Shown here piece by piece: positions 1-11,029 of a stretch of DNA of 61,307 bases. The notes below the pieces were generated by a model that had not been told where the DNA came from, did not search any database, and saw only the letters and a list, made by a program, of their open reading frames with translations. This DNA comes from Octopus bimaculoides (Eukaryota): NCBI RefSeq assembly GCF_001194135.2, contig NC_068990.1:60469366-60530672 (forward strand), written 5' to 3'. The position numbers and the translations under genes were made by a program. How positions within the stretch are numbered: the stretch's first letter is position 1; each line of letters begins with the position of its first letter.

Positions 1-1340
1 TGTTACTTCTATCAAAAATAAAAAAATAACTCAATTAAGATATACTTTTTGCACTTTAAAAAAATTCATTTTTTTAATCATCAATTAATAATTAGAAATT
101 TGAATATAGGTTATAAAAATAATAGTAGTACATAATTAGTTAGTAAAATAAATAGAATAATACAAAAATTAGTTATATACTACAGTAAAATCTACCTGTA
201 ACAACAAATTCACAGTAAAATTTGCTTGAGTTGTTGCCCAAGTTATTGCCAATTCTTCACATTTTTAGTCTTAACTATTTTTTACATAATGAATTTGCCT
301 ACCATATATACTATTTTACTTAACATAAAACTTTAGCTATATTGGTACTTCTGGCTCTCATTTTTTAAGTATTCTAGTGTGTCAATATTTTAACAAAATG
401 ATGGGACCTTTATTAATTATAATGTTACTTTGTAAATTAAAATCAAATCATTTTTAATATTAAAATTTTATCCTTAACTGCAATATTTTAAGTAAAAGTT
501 TTCTAGTTCTGTACTTTACTAGATGTAATAAGTTTCCATGTATAATAACTTGACCTGTAATTTTCCAGGTTTATAATTTTAAGAATATTATTTACTCGCA
601 TTTTTCTATGTAATCCATGTTTTTTCCAGGCTATGCTATTATGCTAATTAATAATGTGTCAATTAGCAGTCTCGTTAATAATTTTTTTCTTACCTCAATG
701 ATGCCAGTAACATATATTAAAAGTCTCCTTATAGAATTATGTTCATAAAAAAGTATAGAACTATATTATCGTCCTCAAATTTGAGAAACAAACATTCATA
801 ACTTTTTCTTTTAAAACTTCATCATATAAGATTGATACCATGAAATTTCTCGAATTGAGCTCTATCATTTAAGCTTAATTAAAATATAATTTATTTTTAA
901 AAATAAAAAAGTTAATTATACTTAAATCCAATTTTTTCTTTACTTATATTTTTTTCATGATATTTTACCTCACAATATTTTTCATAGAAATTTTTGTTGT
1001 ATGGGAACAAAGCGATGAACTTCTCTTCATGCTTTCTTCTATCATTGAGGCTAAGATAAATATATTTTGCTTTTAAAATAAAAAAGTTATTTAGATTTAA
1101 ATTTGATTGGTGGCGTTACTTATTCTCCTATAACGTTGCTAAAATTTTTATATAAATTTTTTCTGCTGAATCAAATCTCATTTTTTTAATGCCAAAATCT
1201 AGCTAGGGACCACTCCTCTTCTTTAATGTTAACAGTTTTCAATTTGGTTAAGAACTGAATTAACGACAAGCTCTGAAAGATGCTGCATTTGAGTAAATTG
1301 CAGCCTTAAGAATATTACTTGACTACTACCATAGTTGAAT

Positions 1341-1905
1341 GATATCATTCTAAAAATAGTATATGCCATTCTAAAAATAATGTATATCATTCTAAAAATA
1401 ATATATGCCATTCTAAAAATAATGTTTACCATTCTAAAAATAATATATGCCATTCAAAAAATAACGTATACCATACTAAATATAATATATATCATTCTAA
1501 AAATAATGTATATCATTCTAAAAATATTGTATACCATTCTAAAAATAATATATGCCATTCTAGATATGATGTATACCATTCTAAAAGTACTGTATACCAT
1601 TCTAAAAATAACATATATCATTCTAAAAATAATATATACCATTCTAAAAATAATATATGCCATTCTAAAAATAATATATGCCATTCTAAAAATGATGTAT
1701 ACCATTCTAAAAATACTGTATACCATTCTAAAGATAATATATTCCATTCTGAAAATGATATATGCCAGTCTAAAAATAATGTATAACGTTCTAAAAATAA
1801 TATATGCCATTCTAAAATTTATGTATACCATTCTAAAAATGATGTATACCACACTAAAAAGTATATATCATATGAAAAAATAATACATACCATTCTAAAA
1901 TAATA
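1341..1905. repeat. 21-bp minisatellite (unit ~ATATATGCCATTCTAAAAATA, ~26 diverged copies)
   Basis: Directly visible tandem array. It explains the periodic ORFs 1335-1883(+), 1454-1852(-) and 1229-1453(-). Confidence 0.95.
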
Positions 1906-2444
1906 TCCACTGTTATAAACATATATAATCTAAAACTTCAAAATATATCAGTTAAAGTCTACATTTCAAACAAGAATAGTTTATTAAAGAATTCATAGCA
2001 GAACCATATATTTAGTCCCTATCAAGTACTTTTCAAATGTTGTACAATTTATGAAATAATCAATGAATACTATATATACACTACATTGTTATTCACTTGC
2101 AAATGAATTGAATAATGACTATATTAAAATAAATTCATTTCAATTTCAGCTTTGTATTGAATTTTTTTTAACAATAACATCATTAATTAGAGTTTTCCAA
2201 TGACCAAGTCACTATTACACTTCATGTTGTAGGGGAAAGAGTGACAAGACAGCATTCATGTTGGAATAGATGCCACATCTTATTTTGTCTGAATACATTT
2301 TCTTCTTCTTTACATTTTTTGATTCATACATATCAGTGAAAGATATGCACATATGTACAAACTATGTGTATGTATGTATGAATAGACAGATATATGTGTA
2401 TACATACATACACACACACACACACATGCATACACACATATATA

Positions 2445-2475
<31 letters not shown>

Positions 2476-3428
2476 NNNNNNNNNNNNNNNNNNNNNNNNN
2501 NNNNNNNNNNNNNNNNNNNNNNNNNNNNNNNNNNNNNNNNNNNNNNNNNNNNNNNNNNNNNNNNNNNNNNNNNNNNNNNNNNNNNNNNNNNNNNNNNNNN
2601 NNNNNNNNNNNNNNNNNNNNNNNNNNNNNNNNNNNNNNNNNNNNNNNNNNNNNNNNNNNNNNNNNNNNNNNNNNNNNNNNNNNNNNNNNNNNNNNNNNNN
2701 NNNNNNNNNNNNNNNNNNNNNNNNNNNNNNNNNNNNNNNNNNNNNNNNNNNNNNNNNNNNNNNNNNNNNNNNNNNNNNNNNNNNNNNNNNNNNNNNNNNN
2801 NNNNNNNNNNNNNNNNNNNNNNNNNNNNNNNNNNNNNNNNNNNNNNNNNNNNNNNNNNNNNNNNNNNNNNNNNNNNNNNNNNNNNNNNNNNNNNNNNNNN
2901 NNNNNNNNNNNNNNNNNNNNNNNNNNNNNNNNNNNNNNNNNNNNNNNNNNNNNNNNNNNNNNNNNNNNNNNNNNNNNNNNNNNNNNNNNNNNNNNNNNNN
3001 NNNNNNNNNNNNNNNNNNNNNNNNNNNNNNNNNNNNNNNNNNNNNNNNNNNNNNNNNNNNNNNNNNNNNNNNNNNNNNNNNNNNNNNNNNNNNNNNNNNN
3101 NNNNNNNNNNNNNNNNNNNNNNNNNNNNNNNNNNNNNNNNNNNNNNNNNNNNNNNNNNNNNNNNNNNNNNNNNNNNNNNNNNNNNNNNNNNNNNNNNNNN
3201 NNNNNNNNNNNNNNNNNNNNNNNNNNNNNNNNNNNNNNNNNNNNNNNNNNNNNNNNNNNNNNNNNNNNNNNNNNNNNNNNNNNNNNNNNNNNNNNNNNNN
3301 NNNNNNNNNNNNNNNNNNNNNNNNNNNNNNNNNNNNNNNNNNNNNNNNNNNNNNNNNNNNNNNNNNNNNNNNNNNNNNNNNNNNNNNNNNNNNNNNNNNN
3401 NNNNNNNNNNNNNNNNNNNNNNNNNNNN

Positions 3429-3721
3429 TTCTTTCCCATAAACTGAGTGTATGTTTTGAGTTGCTTCGGCTGCAGAATTTCCTTTTTTTGTACTCATAAA
3501 GCATTATGTGCCTTAAATGCTCTTTGGATATTTCCATGTTAGAAAGGGTTTTAATCAAAGAAATTTTAATTCTATTATTCTGTAAAATAATACTTAATTA
3601 GTTTAAATGTACACGAATGCATAAAAATAATTTTTAATTCCATTAGACATTCTAAAATGCTATTAAATTTCATTCAATTTTAAAAAAGGTAAAATCGGAC
3701 AGAACTTATGGGATGACCTGA
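3429..3721 (-). mobile_element. Mariner transposon 5' end (TIR plus frameshifted transposase N-terminal HTH); rest lost in N-gap
   Basis: Minus strand reads MEISKEHLRHIMLYEYKK / GNSAAEATQNIHSVYGKE across a frameshift, a typical mariner HTH start. The end reads TA|TCAGGTCATCCCATAAGTTCTGTCCG, which is mariner TIR-like. Confidence 0.85.
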
Positions 3722-3769
3722 TATATATGTATGTATATATTGTATATATGTATGCACATACACATGTGG

Positions 3770-3915
3770 CAGATTTCTATCTATTAAATTTCATTAACAT
3801 ACCCTTACTCAATCTAGGACTTTGGTAGGAGACACTTGCCTGAGGTTCAAAACAGCCGGATCAAACTGAGAACAACATGGTTGGGAAGTAAACTCATTGA
3901 ACATACACCCATTTC
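3770..3915 (-). mobile_element. SINE family A (tRNA-head/CORE-like) 5' fragment, degraded
   Basis: Reverse complement matches the head of the fuller copy at 15787-16170. Confidence 0.6.
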
Positions 3916-4299
3916 CATGTGTTACAAATATTTATCTCGCAGCTAACAGAAGACATTCATGTATTTCCTGACAACTAATTAAACAACTCTTCACATGATA
4001 TCTACTCTCTGTTTTAGGTAACACTTCATCACATTTTATTTGTCATATAGAAATTTGTTATGAAGCCAATCATTTCCATGGAAAAAGAAAACAAAACAAA
4101 GCAAATTTTATTGTAGACAGGTACTTTAGATCTGAGATTATTTTTATTTCTACTAAGCAACTATTTTGTTAAAACAATTTTCATGTGAAATACAATTAAT
4201 CTTTCATTTATCTTATTTATTTATTTGTAGTAGAGGTATGATGCATGTCTTATAGGCAGTTGAGTTACTTCTCTAGAGCAGAAAACTCCATGGGTCTGT

Positions 4300-4680
4300 T
4301 TGGTTAGTTGTTATGAGATCTCATTGTGTGGTACTTTGGGCAAGTGTCTCCTACTATAACCCTGGGCTAGCCAAAGCCTTGTGAGTGGATTTAGCTGATG
4401 GAAACTGAAAGAAGCAAAACCCATTGTATAAATATATATCCGTATATATATATAAGTGTGTGTATCTTGATGCTCATACCCACCAACACCACTGCTTGAC
4501 AACTGGTGTTGGTTTGTTTACATCTCGTAATATAGCATCTTGATGAAAAGAGACCAACAGAAAATGTATCAGATTTTAAAAAGAGAAGAAGTATGGTGGG
4601 GGGGTCAATTTTTTTATATGTCCTTCAAGGTGGTACCCTAGCCATAGTTTAATGAGTGAAACAAGTGAGAGATAAAATAT
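4300..4680 (+). mobile_element. SINE family A copy
   Basis: Contains gggcaagtgtctcctactata...ccaaagccttgtgagtggattt...gaaactgaaagaagc, a central TA/GT microsatellite and the family 3' tail. Homologous to 15787-16170. Confidence 0.8.
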
Positions 4681-5039
4681 AAAAGATAGGTCATAAGTCA
4701 TAGTAATAACGTTACAAGTTCTAATCTTGTATTTGTTTTCATAAGACATCGACTAATCAAGATATATTATGCTACTTGCCTTACTTGTCTTAGCTAACAA
4801 CAAGTGTCTCTCTACTTCCTTCTTTTGTCTGGTGGATAAACAACACCAATGGCATCTAGCTGTAATATTTTCTTTTTTAACAACTAAGGAGGAAACTATA
4901 AATGTAAAACCACTAAAAAATGTCATTTGGTAAAATAAAATTTGTAGTTTCATTTTTGCAAATAATAAATATTGCCAATATTTCAATAAAATACATTTCC
5001 CTCATATATTCCAATGCTATTTTGTTGAGAACAATGATG

Positions 5040-5480
5040 TAACTTGTTTCAGAAATGGTAGTAGTAAGAAACTCTCAATGGAGCTGAACAGCAGGTCTTC
5101 AGAGAAGAAACCCTGCCACCTCTCAGGCAAGTGTTTTGGCCCTTAACTTGTTAGACTCTAAGGGCCTGGGCTGCATCCAGGTCATGATTCCTGAGAGCCT
5201 TTCTACTGACAATCTTCAACTTTTGTTCCTTCTCGACCAGATCCAGCTGGAACATCTCTCCACTGTCTCTGATATTGCCTTTAGGGCTTTGGTCCTGTTC
5301 TTCCGAGAGATAGAAAGTTGCTTCATTAGGTCATAAGCAGGTTTGCCCACAAAAACTCTGGCTCCAAACTCTATGGTGAGAGCTTTGATCCAGAAGTTTA
5401 TTTCCCTAAGAAATGATATGATATATTACAACAACAATGTGAGACTGCTCATCAGTAACTTGATGCATCTGAACTCTATC
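5040..5480 (-). mobile_element. 3' end of Hero-like (R2 superfamily) non-LTR retrotransposon: RLE C-terminus plus 3' UTR
   Basis: Minus frame reads FWIKALTIEFGARVFVGKPAYDLMKQLSISRKNRTKALKAISETVERCSSWIWSRRNKS*. This matches the Hero-type C-terminal pattern (xEVGxRGFV...ISEAAExASxWIWxRR). Confidence 0.8.
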
Positions 5481-5554
5481 TGTCATAAGTCCTAGGACTC
5501 AGAAGTCTGATGTATGATGGACTGAAATTACAATAATCCCCCACCAACCCCTGA

Positions 5555-5720
5555 ATGGAATACTGGCTCATTTTACAGGATTAACTCCCCAGCTACCACT
5601 GCAAGTCCTTTATTTTTAACTTAATGAACTGGAGCAACAAAATGAAGTGTTTTGCTCAAGAACACCAGGCATTGCCTGGTCAAGGAATCAAAACCTTGAT
5701 CTTACCATTCTGAGAGAAAC
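5555..5720 (-). mobile_element. CORE-like SINE fragment (family D)
   Basis: gaactggagcaac..aatgaagtgttttgctcaagaacac is homologous to 34280-34350. Confidence 0.6.
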
Positions 5721-5727
5721 ACTCTAA

Positions 5728-5807
5728 CAGCAGCTCTCAACCATGGCTCCTAAAAGAAATCTTGGTTTTGGATCTGGCCCAGATATTAAAAAGGTTGAGA
5801 ACCACTG
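5728..5807. mobile_element. 80-bp hAT (Charlie/MER5-like) MITE
   Basis: Ends CAGCAGCTCTCAACC ... GGTTGAGAACCACTG resemble the CAGTGGTTCTCAACC hAT TIR. The 8-bp TSD is not cleanly conserved. Confidence 0.6.
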
Positions 5808-6115
5808 CCCTAGCAATAGGCCATATGCCTTCACATTGAGGTATCTGAGATATGACATTAAGACGTCTCAATTGAGTCATAAGGTGTGACAATCAATGAC
5901 ATATGCCATCTCAATAAAAGACGTAAGCTATCATCACAGCATTTTTAGTATCGTAGCCAGTTGCAATTTTCTTTTTTCTTATATTGACTATTATCATGTA
6001 ATTAGTTCTTCTCTTCTTTGAAAACATTCAAGAAATTTGTTTATATTCATTTCATGCTTAATTTCTAAATGTTGGCTAGAGTCTGGTAGGCTTAGTGGTT
6101 GTTTCATAAGAAAGT

Positions 6116-6393
6116 TATATTTATCCCTGCTTAAACATGGATGTTCAATTAGAACAAATTATATTGTGGTATAGTTTGTTCAAGCAGTCAAGTATCCATC
6201 ATTGACAAGGCCAAGGTAGATCAAAATCACAAGATCCAGTAGTCTGAAGTAGTCTCAGATTTATCTCCCTACTAGCAATATAAACAAGAGTGCATTTTGC
6301 ATAAAAAAACAGTATGAGTGTTTCTCTCATGGGGTCTACCACAGTATAGTTTGTTCTAACAGAACATCCATGTCTAAGTGAGGATAAATATTA
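6116..6393. repeat. Inverted repeat with ~57-bp arms (6116-6172 / 6336-6393); MITE-like
   Basis: ttatccctgcttaaacatggatgttcaattagaacaaattatattgtggta aligns to the reverse complement ttatcctcacttagacatggatgttctgttagaacaaactatactgtggta. Confidence 0.8.
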
Positions 6394-7117
6394 CCACTCA
6401 GTATTAATATTACCTTTGTTGCTAATATATATATACGGAAAACAATGTAGCTTCTTTTTACCTTCATGGTAGCTGTATATAAATTTGTATACAACATTTT
6501 AATATGTTTCCAGTTACTTTTTAACATATGATCCATAATTATTAGGGGATTAACTATATAATTATGTAACAATTTTTTTCCTGTGATGTAATTAATAATG
6601 TTATGAAGAATGAAAAGAATATCTGACAAAGCTACATTTATCATACAGTGTTTATTCAAATAAATTGTATCTAAATATGATTCTTTCAATTAAAATCAGT
6701 CAAAAAATTTATAAGTCAATTGGGTATATAGTCTTTTACATTAAAGCTTCTAGCAGTCAATTTTCAGTTGAGTACATACAAGGCAATATGTCATATACCA
6801 TACTTACAAAGATTCATAGCAACGTTTGTACTTTGCTACACCTTTAATATTTTCACTAATATGACTGAGTATTAAATATCATAAATCAGACAAACATTCA
6901 AGCAGTCACTGTACATTCAATGTGATCTTGTCAAAGTCAATCTCATACTAGATGCCTATAAATTTCCAAACATTTTTTTATCAGCCTTGTAGTGATTATA
7001 GTGAGTAATAACAGATTTTACACTACAGCTGTTTAATATATTGAACTCAACTCATGAACTCCAGTTCTAATTTCATGGTCTCTCAGGGATCCATGGTCTT
7101 GAAGTTGGGAACCAGTC

Positions 7118-7149
<32 letters not shown>

Positions 7150-7180
7150 GTGTGTGTGTGTGCATATATATATAACTATG

Positions 7181-7217
<37 letters not shown>

Positions 7218-7446
7218 ATATATATGCATATGTATGTTTATGTATATATGTATGTGTGTGTGTGTGTATTTATATATATTACATGTTAGAAAAGAGGTGA
7301 TGAAAATTGGTTTGTGGAGCGATAAGTTAATAATTGACATCACTAACATTCACGAAGAAGAGAAATGCTTGAAAATTTAAATATAATCATAGAATTATTT
7401 TATCTCCGACAAGAAACATCTTACCAAGGACAGTTCCTTTTTAACC

Positions 7447-7478
7447 CTGAAGAAGGGGCTTGTATGTCCTGAAATATT
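7447..7478 (+). ncRNA. Decayed minimal (PLE-type) hammerhead ribozyme motif
   Basis: CTGAAGA-A-GGGGC-TTGTAT-GTCCT-GAAA-TATT: CUGANGA core, stem II and GAAA are present. The departures (GTCCT vs GCCCC, TATT vs CGTT) fit C>T/CpG decay. Stems I and III are not evident. Confidence 0.55.
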
Positions 7479-7573
7479 AAAATCTATTTGCATTGTTTGG
7501 CCTTTTAAATCTTTCAACATTATATTCCATATACAATGCTTCAAGCAAACTATAAAATCTTATAATATATATA

Positions 7574-7730
7574 TCATCATCATCATCATCATCATCATCG
7601 TTTAACGTCCGCTTTCCATGCTAGCATGGGTTGGACGATTTGACTGAGGACTGGTGAAACCGGATGGCAACACCAGGCTCCAATCTAAATTTGGCAGAGT
7701 TTCTACAGCTGGATGCCCTTCCTAACGCCA
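7574..7730 (-). mobile_element. RTE-tail element (short 3' copy), relatively young
   Basis: Reverse complement is ...ggcatccagctgtagaaactctgcc...ccatgctagcatggaaagcggacgttaaacgatgatgat. It retains its CpGs and has the same tail as 52790-53200. Confidence 0.85.
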
Positions 7731-7759
7731 TATACAAAATAGAATGAAAAAACAACAGA

Positions 7760-9062
7760 AGACTTATATTATATGATTAAAAAATATATTTAAACCATCT
7801 GTAAGGAAAATGTAAAATTTTGTGTGTAGTGACATTGTTTTTGGACAAATAACTGGTTTTTGTATTTTCTTTTCAAATTTCACATATTTCTTTACCGATA
7901 TTGTGTCATCTCTTTGCCATGGTGTGAAGTAGGAGAGTTCCAAACAGAGGGAGGTAATCAGGGATTTTTTCGGTATAAGGGATATAATCATAAATGCTGG
8001 GCATGATTAGGTTTTATTAATTTAACAGGATTTGGTTTTGACAGAATAAAATGTTTAAGTTTTGCTTTGTATTTTTCAATGAGGTAAGTTTACTTATTTA
8101 AAAATGCTAGAAATGGTTAAGTTTTGGCTTATATTTTTCAGTGAAGTATGTTTCTCTATTTAATCTAACTTGTGTTAGTGTTCCAATGGCACATTAATAA
8201 AAATGGAAAGATTAGAAAATGTGGTAGCAATTGCTTTGCGCATCTCTCAATGTGTTCTCTAAAGAGTATCGTTCTGCATTCTGGGAATGTAATCTGCAGT
8301 CGGTGCAGAGTGCATCTGCATCTGAGCAATAATTCCATGGACCCTATGTAGTTTTGGTGGCAGCCCGAGCATCTTATAACACAAATCAGGTTTTCTGAGA
8401 CACAAGTAAAATCAAATCTAATTTTGAATTTTTGTCCCTCTTTGAAAAGGAATTCTGATCCTTCTAGAAAGTTTGGGCATGTTGAGCAATTTGGTCGACC
8501 ACATTTTTTCACTTTTGCATCCACTATTTTAGAAAATAATTTTGCTTTTGTGAGGATCTTTTTTAATGATTTCGGCTGTTTGTGGCTTTTAATGATTTTA
8601 TGTGTGTGTAAAATTTCCTTTAATTTGGGGTCCTTATGTAGCATTGGTAGATTTTGAGTGATGATGGTGAAGGCTTCTTTGTTTCTGGGGTTGCATGTGG
8701 ACATGTACAGCAGTATTTTCAGGGAAGGTGTGTTATTGTGTTGAACTTTCCTTAAGGTTTTTATGTCGATTTATGTTGCACGTCTAATTTTATCCTCTAT
8801 GAGTTGAACTAGGTAATGTCTGTCAATCAGGATGTTTTTGAGTTCTTGCAGCCTAAAGTCTCTGGTATTTTTTCTGACCCTATGGTACATATCCTTCATT
8901 CTCTCTATGTTTATTTTCTCTTATTCTTTTTTTTTTTTTTGAAGAGCATAGGTTCAAAACATATAGGACTTTTTCATCTTTCCCAAGTGTCAAGCTAATA
9001 CACTTGCTTGTTGTTCATACACCTGTCTTTGTCTTTTGTTTTTCTATAAATTTCAACTATCT
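7760..9062 (-). mobile_element. Penelope-like retroelement, 5'-truncated: RT C-terminus/linker plus GIY-YIG endonuclease (degenerate)
   Basis: ORF 8165-8704 contains KQPKSLKKILTKAK...KCGRPNCSTCP...FTCVSENLICVIRCSGCHQNYIGSMELLLRCR...H. This is the PLE CxxxxCxxC linker plus a GIY-YIG-like N(L/V)IY...C..C...YIG motif. Confidence 0.9.
8938..9062 (+). repeat. PLE terminal (pLTR-like) segment carrying a half-decayed hammerhead, inverted relative to the ORF
   Basis: TGAAGAGCATAGGTTCAAAACAT fits a decayed GAA-GAGC-ATAG-GCTC-GAAAC-GT. Homologous to the reverse complement of 23640-23760. Confidence 0.5.
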
Positions 9063-9099
9063 NNNNNNNNNNTATATATATATAAGCATATACACATGC

Positions 9100-9310
9100 A
9101 CACTCATACATATGCGTGCGCACACACACACATGCACACATATACATACAATGAACTTCTTTCAGTTTCTGTCCACCAAGACACTTACAAGGCTTTGGTC
9201 AGTTCAAGACTACAATAGAAGATTCTTACTCAAGGTACCCCAGAATGAAACTGAACTTGGAACCATGTAGCCAAGAACCAAACTTCTTATCACACAGTAA
9301 CACCCGCTCC
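9100..9310 (-). mobile_element. SINE family A 5' half
   Basis: Reverse-complement match to the family A head. Confidence 0.7.
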
Positions 9311-9391
9311 TTCAATACACACATACAAACATATATACATATGTGCACATATATATATATGTATACATATCTATCTATCTAGCTAGCTAGC

Positions 9392-9449
<58 letters not shown>

Positions 9450-10139
9450 TATACACATATATAATGAGTGCTATAGATTTTCAAAACATTATTTCCAACA
9501 CCATCTTCCCCATAATCATTATCAGAGCCACCACAATGGTAAGCTGCAATATGTAGTTTTATCGCATCATTAAATATAAACTTGTTATATCAGTTTATTA
9601 AAATATTCTTTTTTTATGCTGTCTACATCATATATTACTCTTTTTTGTATGTGTGTCTTTTTTACTTGTTTACAATAATCTTCTTGGGAGAATTATTTTC
9701 TTAAATTAATTCCACACGGAGGACTTTACTTCCATATCATTAATTAGCAGTCATTAAATCAGTAATTTTAAATCTATATCTTAAAAGTTGAACTGATTAA
9801 ATTTCTTAAAACTACAACTTTATTAATTTAGCTAATTATCGATAGTAGTTTAAAGAATATCATAAAAGAAATACACATTCTTGTGAAAAAAAAGAAAATA
9901 TTTTAAAGTATCTTACTAATGTATGCTTCATTTCATGTGCTAGACAATGTAACTAGATCTTGGAATGGTAGAACCGGGGCTTTCTGGGAGGTAATACTTT
10001 ACAGGTGCGTGTGTGTGTGAGAGAGAAAGAGATAGAGAGAGATAGGGTGTGTGTGTGTTCGTGTGAGTGCTATAATCTGAATGTACTGGCAGGTAATATT
10101 TTACAGGTATATTTACCACAGTCTAGCTTCTTTTACACT

Positions 10140-10560
10140 AGAAGAAAATAATTCTTTCTACCATTGGCAGAAGGTCTGGAATTGTGCAGGAAGCAGCTAG
10201 CTGATTATATCAACCCCAGTATTTAACTGGCAGTTCTTTTATTGACCTGAAAGAATGAAAGACAACGTTGACCCGAGAAGCATTTGAGCAAATAATATGA
10301 TCCAAGTAACATACTGAAAGAAACTGCTAAAATATTGGTTTCAAATGTTGGCACAAGGCCAGAAAATTTTGTGAGAGAATGTAAGTAAATTAGACTGACT
10401 CTAGTGCTCAACTGGTACTTGTTTTATCATCTCTGAAAGAATGAAAAGCAAGGTAAACCTCAATGGAAATTAAGCTCAGAAAATAGAGATAGGTGAAATG
10501 CCGCTAAGCAATTTGTCTGGTGTGCTAATGATTCTGCCTGCCAGTTCGTTGCCTTAGAAA
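10140..10560 (-). mobile_element. SINE family B, tandem copies
   Basis: Repeated reverse-complement blocks of ggcagaat...agcatttcg...gagttcaaatt...ttgcctttcatcctttc...gataaaataagtaccagttg. Confidence 0.75.
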
Positions 10561-10760
10561 CTGTTAAAATATTGATATTTATATTGAGCTTGGAGGCAAA
10601 CTCATTTTTTCAGGTTTTTGGTTAGGTTGATACACCTTAGAATTGAATGGCACAACCTTAATAAAAGCTACTTGTTTTTAATTTGTGATATGTCAAAGGT
10701 GGACCACCCTTAGTTATTAATTTGGAGTAATTGCTTTAATACTGATTGTGTTTCATGCAG

Positions 10761-10889
10761 ACATATTGTACTCATGATATTACCTTGTTTTGCATTGGGC
10801 TCTCAACTTCTGATAGAATTTTGGGGGCAGCATCACAGCAATCAGCTTGTTTTGAGTGTTTAAACCTAGCAGAGCCCATCCCTCTACAA
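10761..10889. other. Candidate host exon, strand ambiguous
   Basis: Plus strand: tttcatgcag|129 nt open (TYCTHDITLFCIGLSTSDRILGAASQQSACFECLNLAEPIPLQ)|gtatga. Minus strand: cttgtag|10883-10784 open (GMGSARFKHSKQADCCDAAPKILSEVESPMQNK)|gtaata. No homology recognised. Confidence 0.3.
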
Positions 10890-11029
10890 GTATGATCATA
10901 GATGATATCTTTAAGAGAGATAGAGAGAGAGACAGACAGACAGACAGAGACAGACAGACAGACAGAGAAGTGAGAGAAAAGGGGACCAGATAAAAAATGA
11001 AGAAGAAACAACTCCAATACTGGACTATA

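Noticed and set aside
1341-1905. CRISPR-like array interpretation of the tandem repeats (also 47750-48060)
   Set aside because: Eukaryotic context, no unique spacers and no cas genes; these are plain tandem repeats.
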